This document shows, in pieces, positions 23,445 through 30,907 of a stretch of 32,000 nucleotides of DNA. This DNA is from Candidatus Aenigmatarchaeota archaeon (GTDB lineage: Archaea > Aenigmatarchaeota > Aenigmatarchaeia > JACPZZ01), in NCBI GenBank assembly GCA_016202815.1, contig JACQNZ010000002.1, positions 48,228-80,227 on the forward strand, in the 5' to 3' direction. The notes beneath the pieces are model-generated. The model made no database searches, was not told the origin of the DNA, and saw only the letters and a program-made list of their open reading frames with translations. A program made the position numbers and the translations under genes. Positions within the stretch are counted from its first letter, which is position 1; each line of letters opens with the position of its first letter.

Positions 23445-24269
23445 ATGAAAACTCTCGATGATCTGGAAAGTTGGGAATATCCTTCCCTCCCTTTAAAGCG
23501 CGACGGCAAAAACCTGTTCATCGGGAGCGGCAACGCCTCCAGCGTGGCCGGCATATTCGCAAAAAAATTCGGCGGTAACGCCGTAAGCATAGCGAATTAC
23601 AGGGAATATTTGTCGTCACAAAGCGGATCGGACTTCGCTTCGATAAACATAATCAACGCTTCGGGCGGCAAGGACGGCGTGAACATGGCTTCGTTCCTTA
23701 AACAAAACGGATTTAATTTCAACCTGCTGACATGCAATCCGCAACCGCCGGCCGGCGAATTCCTGCCGAAAGAAAACATATTCATTTTTCCTTCGTTCGT
23801 CGAACCGCCGACTTACAACGTGAGCACGTACGCGTCCATGATATACGCGATAATGAAAGAACGTGTGGCTGACATAAAAGAAAAAATAAGGACTATGGAA
23901 ATACCTGATCTCAGGAAATACAAATTTATTTTTTTTGTCGCAGAAGACAAATACGAACTGCCCGCAATAATGTCGGCGAGAAAAGTCGGCGAATCGTTGG
24001 CTGGTTTAGGTTCGGCCGGAGAAGGCATATCTTCAGCGCAGCATGGGATGATTGTGCATGAGAATGATAACCGCCTGGATTTCTGCATGAACTGCGAAAC
24101 AGGCACAAAAAACGTTTACAAGCTCGAAATACAATCGTACCTTGGGCTCGTGATGTCCGCCTATTACATCATAGGAAAGAACCAGACAGAATCGGATATG
24201 GGAAACATAATGAAAAATTACCAGTCAACGGCGCAAAAGCTCGGCTGGAAATTCAACAAGGTGTGGTAG
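23445..24269 (+). CDS. Hypothetical protein with weak SIS/sugar-isomerase-like motifs
   Basis: I prefer the ATG at 23445 to the GTG at 23415. FIGSGNASSVAG and INASGGKDGVNMASFLKQNG loosely resemble SIS-domain loops. The functional call is low confidence. Confidence 0.45.
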   Translation: MKTLDDLESWEYPSLPLKRDGKNLFIGSGNASSVAGIFAKKFGGNAVSIANYREYLSSQSGSDFASINIINASGGKDGVNMASFLKQNGFNFNLLTCNPQPPAGEFLPKENIFIFPSFVEPPTYNVSTYASMIYAIMKERVADIKEKIRTMEIPDLRKYKFIFFVAEDKYELPAIMSARKVGESLAGLGSAGEGISSAQHGMIVHENDNRLDFCMNCETGTKNVYKLEIQSYLGLVMSAYYIIGKNQTESDMGNIMKNYQSTAQKLGWKFNKVW

Positions 24270-24276
24270 TCGTAAC

Positions 24277-24354
24277 TGGAAACACACGCATCGTAAACTG
24301 AAGCATACCGTATGCTGTATCGGTATGCTTCTAGTTGTTATGCGTATGTTTCAG
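24277..24354. repeat. GAARCAT hairpin element, copy 3 (inverted orientation), a symmetric two-unit palindrome
   Basis: The core is GAAGCATACCG-TATGCTGTAT-CGGTATGCTTC (24300-24331). Outer units at 24279 and 24352 are symmetric about the same centre (21-nt spacing). Confidence 0.7.
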
Positions 24355-24366
24355 TCTGCTCCGACC

Positions 24367-24398
24367 AAAACCGATGCATACTATATTGCATCGGTTTT
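24367..24398. terminator. Perfect 12-bp hairpin flanked by T/A runs, overlapping the ogg stop codon
   Basis: AAAACCGATGCA-TACTATAT-TGCATCGGTTTT is followed by T on the plus strand. On the minus strand the hairpin ends in UUUU. This would be bidirectional terminator-like geometry. Confidence 0.4.
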
Positions 24399-25151
24399 TA
24401 GTTGTCTCGCATGGCAAAACAAATACTGGTTTGCATAGCCGGCGTATTTGCCCCACCTGTCAAAAGCAAAATCCGTTATTTTCGCGTCGCTTGTTTTTTT
24501 CCCGCCAAAATAATTTTCAGTCATTGTCTTCCGTATCCATGTATCTGTCGGAAACGACTCCAAAAAACCGTAGCCGAACAATAAAATACAATTTGCAACC
24601 TTATTCCCTATTCCGTGCAGCTTTGTTAAATGCCCAACCGCTTCCTCGTACTTCATTTTATTTATTTCGCTCATCGAATGCCCGCCGATAATCATCTCTG
24701 CGGTCTTTTTCAAAAATTTCTGGCGGAATCCCAGTCGCGCAAAATTTATGTCCGTGTTTAATATTTCTTCGGGCGTCATGACCCTGCCGCCGGCCATCAG
24801 CGACTGTACGTTTTTGCGGATCCGTTTTATGTTGTTGTTTATCGAGCAGACGAACGCCAGCGTCGTCTCCCACGGTTCGCTCTTCGTTATACGCAGCCCG
24901 CGGTATTTTTTAATCGCTTCATCCATTACGTCGTCCGTGTTTATTTTTTTGTATATCTTCTCCAGGTCGTCGTCCTCCCTGAGAAGCTCGTTGGCATAAT
25001 CCATAAAACCGTCTGTAAACCGCAACTCACCGTCGTGCCACAGCTCGCAAAGCCTCCCGCCGACCAGGCGCGAGAACCTTCCGTCTGAATCGTCCCAGAC
25101 AAACTCGGGCGTCTGCCCGCTTTTCATTGTTAATCGCAGATCAAGCAACAT
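24381..25151 (-). CDS. ogg: 8-oxoguanine DNA glycosylase/AP lyase (Ogg1-type, HhH-GPD)
   Basis: LRLTMKSGQTPEFVW, EPWETTLAFVCSINNNIKRI, and the HhH motif LHGIGNKVANCILLFG with the catalytic Lys, followed by FPTDTWI with the Asp. Confidence 0.8.
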   Translation of the reverse strand: MLLDLRLTMKSGQTPEFVWDDSDGRFSRLVGGRLCELWHDGELRFTDGFMDYANELLREDDDLEKIYKKINTDDVMDEAIKKYRGLRITKSEPWETTLAFVCSINNNIKRIRKNVQSLMAGGRVMTPEEILNTDINFARLGFRQKFLKKTAEMIIGGHSMSEINKMKYEEAVGHLTKLHGIGNKVANCILLFGYGFLESFPTDTWIRKTMTENYFGGKKTSDAKITDFAFDRWGKYAGYANQYLFCHARQLKTDAI

Positions 25152-25220
25152 CAAGCTATTATTCGGCCCTCGGCTTTAATAACGCTTATCTTTTTGATTG
25201 ACCTTTTATTAAAAGGTCAT

Positions 25221-26396
25221 ATGAAAACCCTTCTCATAATATGCGACGGCATGCCGGACGGGCCCGACGGACGCGGCGAGACGCCGCTATCGACGGCATA
25301 CCACCCGGGCTTGGATTTTCTGTCAAAGAACGGTTTAATCGGATTATTGGACCTGGAATACGAAAAAACCGCGGACACGGACGAAGGCACGCTGAAAATA
25401 CTGGGTTGTTACGACGGGTCATATCCGGGGCGCGGTTACATTGAAGCTTTGGCCACGGATGTGGAAACGCAAAAGGGCGACGTGTGTTTCCGCGCGAATT
25501 TCGCCACGCTGGACGATGAAAAGATTCTGGTCGATCGGCGTGCGGGACGCGATGAAACAGGCCTTGCCGAATTGGTCGAAGCTGTCAACAACATGGAAAT
25601 TGACGGCGTCCAGTTCATCGCAAAGCACGCATTAGGCCATCGCCTGATCATAGTGATGCGACGCATAGACGGCAAACCGCTTTCATGGAACATCGGATCG
25701 AACGACCCGAAAAAGACAAACGTGCCTGTAAAGGAGATAGCCGCAAAAACGCCCAACGCAAAGGTCACGGCAGGCGCGTTAAATAAATTTTTACGCAAAG
25801 CTAATAAAATCCTCTCGGAACATCCGATAAACAAAAAAAGGAAAGTCCCGGCAAACGCAATACTTGTCAGGAATGTCGGGCATCCCACGAAAACGAAAGG
25901 CTTTGAACAGCGTTACGGCAAAAAAGCCTGCATAATCGGCGCACACAGCACTATCGCAGGCGTCGCAAAATTCCTTGGCATGGATTTCATCAGGCCCGCT
26001 GGCGCGACAAGCCTGGAAGACACCGACCTTAACGAAAAAACAAACGAAGCGCTCGCTGCTCTGCAAAAATACGATTTTGTTTTGCTGCACGTGAATGCGT
26101 TTGACACGCTGTCGCATGACAGGAAGCGCGGCGAGAAAACCGCATTCATAGAGCGTTTCGACCAGGTCGTTGTGCGCAGGATTTTGGACAGGATCGACCT
26201 GAACAGGACGATAATCGCGGTCACAAGCGACCATTTTTCAAACTCGCTGTCAAAAGGCTACGAACATTCCGTCGAGCCGGTTCCGTTCGTAATTTGCGGC
26301 AACGGGATAAAAGCAACGAACACGGAAAAATACACGGAAAAAACCGCGGCTGGGTCAGGCATTGTGCGCAAAAGTATCATGGACATGATAGTTTAG
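25221..26396 (+). CDS. apgM: Cofactor-independent phosphoglycerate mutase, archaeal type (ApgM)
   Basis: MKTLLIICDGMPD...TPL, FRANFAT, VDRRAGR, HVNAFDTLSHD and AVTSDH. I prefer the ATG at 25221 to the TTG at 25194. Confidence 0.85.
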   Translation: MKTLLIICDGMPDGPDGRGETPLSTAYHPGLDFLSKNGLIGLLDLEYEKTADTDEGTLKILGCYDGSYPGRGYIEALATDVETQKGDVCFRANFATLDDEKILVDRRAGRDETGLAELVEAVNNMEIDGVQFIAKHALGHRLIIVMRRIDGKPLSWNIGSNDPKKTNVPVKEIAAKTPNAKVTAGALNKFLRKANKILSEHPINKKRKVPANAILVRNVGHPTKTKGFEQRYGKKACIIGAHSTIAGVAKFLGMDFIRPAGATSLEDTDLNEKTNEALAALQKYDFVLLHVNAFDTLSHDRKRGEKTAFIERFDQVVVRRILDRIDLNRTIIAVTSDHFSNSLSKGYEHSVEPVPFVICGNGIKATNTEKYTEKTAAGSGIVRKSIMDMIV

Positions 26397-26462
26397 CATG
26401 ACGAAAGCCAGCGGCACAGACAAACAGAATTATCCAAATTTATTTTTCCCGCTTCACAAAAT

Positions 26463-27584
26463 TTAATCGACGTCGCCGTCCGATGAAGGTTTCTTGACGA
26501 TCTCAATAACCGCCACACCTTTGTCAGCATAACCGGAATAATTGTAGTTCTTTAACCCGATGTAATAACGCGCCTGGGCAACAGCCTCAAACGAACACGA
26601 GTCTATCGCTGTCCCGGATTTCGAAGACGAGCATTTCACAGCGCCGCACTCGCCGCCGTGCGCGCCCGCGCTGCCGGAGTCATAAACGTAAAGGTCCACA
26701 TCACTGTTGGTCTCTGCTGCCACAGCTACGCTCACAGCCCCTGAAAAGGTCGTGTTGAACACGTAAAAGGTTTCGCTGCCCATCGGCATCTCGCACGTTT
26801 TCGCAGACCCCGATGACGACAAGCCTGCTACGGCGCTTCCGATCCAATCCGCGTCACTGCACAATGTGCGGCATGGTTTGACTGGTGCAAGCGTCGTAGT
26901 TGTGCTGGTTGTTGTCGTAGTGGTTGCCGCAGAACCCGTCTTCACAACCGCCCCGTCCTGGAATTGTATCGTGCATCCTGCGGTTGCGTAAACATAATAA
27001 CCTGCACGCCCGTCGAGACTATCAACCTTCGGCGCTGACGCATCGCCGGATTTTGAGTTCTGCCATTTCTGAGCCGAGCCGTTAAAGTGCCACACCGGCA
27101 CGTTGTTCAGATTAACGCCGCTCCCGCAAACATCGGCTATGTCTTTTGGAACGAACAGACCCGAGGTGGGGTTGGATATCATGTTCCAGCCTTTGTAAAG
27201 CGTTACGCTCGCAGAGCTCGGCTTCGGCGGACCCGCAACACTGACAATGCATTTTTTGGATTCGTTGTTTCCCAGATAAACCCAATAACCTTTGTCGGAA
27301 GCCAGCCACGTTATCGCGGGCAAGCCGTCGTACACGCCTTTCGAATATTGCCACTTCTGCACCGAAGCGTTCAGATGCCACACAATCTGCGTTTGCGGAC
27401 AGGAGGCGTTTATAGTTCTCACATCCAGCACAGCGCCGACAGGCGACGATATCATGTTCCATCCGTTGGAATAAAGTGTTAAAACATTCGGCGTCGATGC
27501 ATCAGGTGCGGATGGGGGCGCTTGCGCAAAAACAAAAGACGCCAGCATGAGAAATCCAAAAATGAAGGCAATTTTATTTTTCAT
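26463..27584 (-). CDS. Secreted protein: Sec signal peptide, two ~85-aa repeats, poly-Thr linker, and a PPC-like C-terminal domain
   Basis: Signal peptide MKNKIAFIFGFLMLASFVFA/QAPP. Repeats at aa 33-117 and 126-210 share TLY-x-GWNMIS-xP...VWH-x-N-x-S-x-QKWQ-xSK...GY-x-VY. The TTTTTTSTTTT linker is followed by a C-terminal part (TNSDVDLYVYD) reminiscent of the pre-peptidase C-terminal domain. Confidence 0.6.
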   Translation of the reverse strand: MKNKIAFIFGFLMLASFVFAQAPPSAPDASTPNVLTLYSNGWNMISSPVGAVLDVRTINASCPQTQIVWHLNASVQKWQYSKGVYDGLPAITWLASDKGYWVYLGNNESKKCIVSVAGPPKPSSASVTLYKGWNMISNPTSGLFVPKDIADVCGSGVNLNNVPVWHFNGSAQKWQNSKSGDASAPKVDSLDGRAGYYVYATAGCTIQFQDGAVVKTGSAATTTTTTSTTTTLAPVKPCRTLCSDADWIGSAVAGLSSSGSAKTCEMPMGSETFYVFNTTFSGAVSVAVAAETNSDVDLYVYDSGSAGAHGGECGAVKCSSSKSGTAIDSCSFEAVAQARYYIGLKNYNYSGYADKGVAVIEIVKKPSSDGDVD

Positions 27585-27594
27585 GCTTTCACAA

Positions 27595-27951
27595 TCAAGG
27601 TGCCGGTGGTGTCGGTGGCACTCCGCCTGCCGCAGCTGTCGTTGTCACTACAACGCCCGGGCAGCCGCATCCGACTTTGACTGCAAGCTTGTCCGCGTCA
27701 GTGTCGCATGTCGCTTTGTTTAAAACAATCCCATTAGCGGCTGCGCACAATGATGTTGACGGGTCTCCGGCGCAGCCAGTATTCACTAAAACCTGGCATT
27801 CCTTGTTGAAATTCGCCCTTGACTGCTGGTTTGTGGCAAACGGACTCCAAACGCCCATGAATACCGCCACAATCGCGATTAGAATGATGACCGCTATGGC
27901 AAGGATAACAAGCATGTCAATGGGGAGTGAAACGCCCTTTCTTTTAGCCAT
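27595..27951 (-). CDS. Small Cys-rich pilin-like protein (class III signal peptide-like N-terminus)
   Basis: MAKRKG/VSLPIDMLVILAIAVIILIAIVAVFMG, then 6 Cys in about 50 aa, ending in a Thr/Ala/Pro-rich tail. 118 aa. Confidence 0.6.
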   Translation of the reverse strand: MAKRKGVSLPIDMLVILAIAVIILIAIVAVFMGVWSPFATNQQSRANFNKECQVLVNTGCAGDPSTSLCAAANGIVLNKATCDTDADKLAVKVGCGCPGVVVTTTAAAGGVPPTPPAP

Positions 27952-27982
27952 CTTGATCTTATTATCTATTTCTTTTCAATGG

Positions 27983-27990
27983 TTTAAATA
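27983..27990 (-). promoter_or_regulatory. TATA-like box (TATTTAAA on the minus strand) upstream of the small pilin-like gene
   Basis: It lies about 35 nt upstream of the ATG at 27951, in the only sizeable (53 nt) gap of the operon. No Shine-Dalgarno motif is present. Confidence 0.3.
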
Positions 27991-28004
27991 GTTAGTTCCT
28001 GGCA

Positions 28005-29393
28005 TCACACAGGAACAAGCACTGTCGGCGCGCAGGCAGAATTATCCGCGAGAAGTTCCGTGACAGTCGCGTAACCGCTTTTCATTGTTGTGCAGCTGTG
28101 TGTCATGAAATTGAATTTCAATGTTTCGTAAGGCAGCAGTTTGGCAACAGCCAACACAACGTTAAGCGTTTTCGACGGCACAAAACCGTTTGGATCCTCG
28201 GAAGAGTATTTTTCGTAGGCATCCGCAACAAATGTGAATTTTATTTTCTTGGTTATCGTGTCAGCAAAGCATGTTTTCGTTTTGCTTTCAACAACGCTCA
28301 CGCACTCGCAGGCTCCGCACGCTGGCGCAGCTCCGCACACCGGCTTAACGCACGCCCCGCTGTCGTAAACGCAGCCGTTATCGCACGTGTCGCCGGGCAG
28401 GGGCGCGCCGCACGTTTTTTTGAATTCGCATTTCCCGCAGGCGTTTTCAACCTTGTAGCCGCAGTCGAAAGAACAGGCTCCTGTTGACAGCAACGCGCCC
28501 GCGTCGTCGTAATTTGCCGACAAAGAGTGTTTCTCAAACTTCGCCTTGAACGACGTGAAAGGCTCGCCTGCCGGCGTGTTTGATATGGTGATAGCCGGCA
28601 GCTTCGGATAATCCGTTGTTGCCAAAACGTCCGCAGCCGTTGGTTCGACAGCGCTGGAAACAGGACACGCGTTGCTGTACTCGTCCGCAGGATCGCACTT
28701 CGCAACAGGCAACGCGCACTTCGCCGCCTCGTTGGTCGTTTCGCCTTCCGTTTTCACAGAAGCGAACGCCTCATTTACTGTTTTTTCAATTTCGCCGCTC
28801 CCCAAAAACTGCTTCGCAGCATCGTACAGCGCGAAATATTTTAATTTTATCTCGTTATCGATGTAGCCTTTCAGCGACGTCTTTATTTTTAAGCCCTGCG
28901 TATCAAGACCCTTAGAGACTTCGACGCCCTTGCTTCCCTTTACGTAAAATTTCTCCGATTTTGGAAAATCGCCGTTGTCCGGTATTACCTCCACTTCCGT
29001 GCTGCCATAGCTTATGGTTATGAACTTGCCGGCGATCGGATGGGATTGCACGTTTGCGATCTCGTCAACAATGTAACGCTTTAAGGTGTCTTTGATCGTC
29101 GCTTCGCCGGGCGCTGTTTTCCATATTGCTACGCCGTCCTTTTGCGGCACTGTGTTGTCCAACCCGCCCATTGCGCCTGCCCTTGACGCGCCTGTTTGCG
29201 CGTATGTTGGCACAGCCTCTTCCAGCGTCTTGCGCGACAGCTCCAGGTAATTGAGCGTCGAAAAGCTTTCCTTGTGCCGCTCGGAAACTATGAAGACTTC
29301 CGATGTGACAACGGACTTGAACCACCATATTATGAGCACTCCAAAAACTATGAAAACCGTGGTGCTCATGAAACGTACGATGCTTCCTTTCAT
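28005..29393 (-). CDS. N-terminally anchored, Cys-rich surface protein (462 aa), unknown family
   Basis: N-terminus MKGSIVRFMSTTVFIVFGVLIIWWF (helix). 18 Cys in total, 13 of them within aa 307-375. It starts 4 nt after the upstream stop. Confidence 0.55.
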   Translation of the reverse strand: MKGSIVRFMSTTVFIVFGVLIIWWFKSVVTSEVFIVSERHKESFSTLNYLELSRKTLEEAVPTYAQTGASRAGAMGGLDNTVPQKDGVAIWKTAPGEATIKDTLKRYIVDEIANVQSHPIAGKFITISYGSTEVEVIPDNGDFPKSEKFYVKGSKGVEVSKGLDTQGLKIKTSLKGYIDNEIKLKYFALYDAAKQFLGSGEIEKTVNEAFASVKTEGETTNEAAKCALPVAKCDPADEYSNACPVSSAVEPTAADVLATTDYPKLPAITISNTPAGEPFTSFKAKFEKHSLSANYDDAGALLSTGACSFDCGYKVENACGKCEFKKTCGAPLPGDTCDNGCVYDSGACVKPVCGAAPACGACECVSVVESKTKTCFADTITKKIKFTFVADAYEKYSSEDPNGFVPSKTLNVVLAVAKLLPYETLKFNFMTHSCTTMKSGYATVTELLADNSACAPTVLVPV

Positions 29394-29397
29394 ACAA

Positions 29398-29964
29398 TCA
29401 CTTTATCGTCGAATACAGCCGGTAAACCGCGGCCTTGCTGCAGGCGCCGCACGCGGGTTGCGGCAAATAAAATTCCATTTCCGCAACCTCGGCGTCAGAT
29501 ACAATTTTTTCTTTGTTCTTGGATGCTACGATAGTCCGTTTAGTTGCCGTCGACGCGCCGTTGCTGAATTCTTTTCTCAATTCGAATATGTACGGCCCCT
29601 GAACAAGGCTGTCGAATACCCCCTGCGAAAGCGCGCGGGCATCGTAAAGCTTGCCGTCGGCGTATGCGCTGCCGTCCCAGCCCAGGTCGCCGTCCCACTG
29701 GAACGCTGCCGCGGACAGGACGCTTTTCAGCGGGGCGTCCGACGCACTGGATTTTATTTCCAGCGCGGACAGCAACGAGTTCTCGTTGTTGAGGGAAAAT
29801 TCGAGGAACGTCGCGTGCACTGTCACCTTAATGAAATTTCCCACTATTATTTTTGCTATGCTCATTGAAAACATCAGGACCAGCGACGTAAAAAAAAGTA
29901 TGATGAGGAAAAAGAAGTCTGACATGAACGTTATGTCGCCCTTCATCCTGCTCTTGCGCGCCAT
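29398..29964 (-). CDS. Pilin-like N-terminally anchored protein, unknown family
   Basis: MARKSRMKG/DITFMSDFFFLIILFFTSLVLMF. The ATG at 29964 lies 1 nt after the upstream stop; alternative starts are at 29973 and 29946. Confidence 0.5.
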   Translation of the reverse strand: MARKSRMKGDITFMSDFFFLIILFFTSLVLMFSMSIAKIIVGNFIKVTVHATFLEFSLNNENSLLSALEIKSSASDAPLKSVLSAAAFQWDGDLGWDGSAYADGKLYDARALSQGVFDSLVQGPYIFELRKEFSNGASTATKRTIVASKNKEKIVSDAEVAEMEFYLPQPACGACSKAAVYRLYSTIK

Positions 29965-29965
29965 G

Positions 29966-30409
29966 CTAATCATACCTCGGGACGTAAACGCTCATCTTGC
30001 CGGCCAATACAGCATCGCTCACATTTACCGCAACAGGATATTCCCACAGCTTGTAATTTTCTTTGCGTATTGACACGTCTCCGAACTCCCATGTCCTGCT
30101 GTTGTCTGTAAGGTTTATCTGCAAATAATATTTCTTTATCTGGAAATCGAACTGCTGCCCGAATGTGGTTGCGTCAAGCTTGTCCAGCTTGTCCGCATCA
30201 AGCACCCCCTTCCTGTAGTCGGGTTCGCTCTGCGTCAAAAATGGCGCGCCCGCAAGGTATTGGCCGAACATCAAATTCAGCCTGTCAATCTGGTTCCCAT
30301 GGGCCTGGAGTGAAAAGTCCTGGAACTGCACTATCGAGCCTAACAATGCCACGATAGTTAGGACAAGAGACGCTATTTTTAGGAAATTTTCTGAAATGAA
30401 TGACGACAT
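29966..30409 (-). CDS. N-terminally anchored small protein, unknown family
   Basis: MSSFISENFLKIASLVLTIVALLGSIVQF is followed by a soluble ~115-aa domain. It starts 3 nt after the upstream stop. Confidence 0.5.
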   Translation of the reverse strand: MSSFISENFLKIASLVLTIVALLGSIVQFQDFSLQAHGNQIDRLNLMFGQYLAGAPFLTQSEPDYRKGVLDADKLDKLDATTFGQQFDFQIKKYYLQINLTDNSRTWEFGDVSIRKENYKLWEYPVAVNVSDAVLAGKMSVYVPRYD

Positions 30410-30412
30410 GCT

Positions 30413-30907
30413 TCACTTTCCTCCTATCGGGCTTGCGTAAACGCTTGTCTCCTTGCCGGTTTTTTTGACCGTGATTAACCAGCTTGTTGATTCGCTCATC
30501 TTGCCGCCTGCCGGTGCGGCCGCCTCGCTGTCCAGGGGTTTCACGCTATTCCCGCTGGCTGTGATAAGGTACAGCTTCTGCTTGGGCTGTATCTTCACTG
30601 TGGCGCCTTCCTGCACGCGGAATTTTTCCCTCGTGGAATCCATTGATATGAAATTGCTGTTTCCGTCCTTGTCTATGGAAATCTTGTACGGGTTGGGCTG
30701 CATCATAAAGCTCGCCTCAAAGCCCGGCGCCATGTCGGCCGCGGCCGCCAGGCCGAAAACGGTTTCTGCGGCAAGCCGCGAGTCAAAGCTGAAAACCAAA
30801 TCCCCCATGCTCGCGCCCGCAGTGATAATGAAATAAAGGCTTAACAAAAGAACTGCCAGTTCAGAAAGGAACACCATGAAATCCCGTACAATGATTATGC
30901 CTTTCAT
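30413..30907 (-). CDS. Pilin-like N-terminally anchored protein, unknown family
   Basis: MKG/IIIVRDFMVFLSELAVLLLSLYFII. The ATG at 30907 forms an ATGA overlap with the upstream stop. The track's longer start (30988) would overlap the upstream gene by 85 nt. Confidence 0.5.
   Translation of the reverse strand: MKGIIIVRDFMVFLSELAVLLLSLYFIITAGASMGDLVFSFDSRLAAETVFGLAAAADMAPGFEASFMMQPNPYKISIDKDGNSNFISMDSTREKFRVQEGATVKIQPKQKLYLITASGNSVKPLDSEAAAPAGGKMSESTSWLITVKKTGKETSVYASPIGGK

Noticed and set aside
22129-23461. A complete autonomous IS200/IS605 element, with the 69-aa ORF at 23252-23461 as a possible TnpA
   Set aside because: The 69-aa ORF has no HUH or Tyr transposase motifs and overlaps the likely left-end/promoter region and the neighbouring gene's start. 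No tnpA is present, so the element is TnpB-only.
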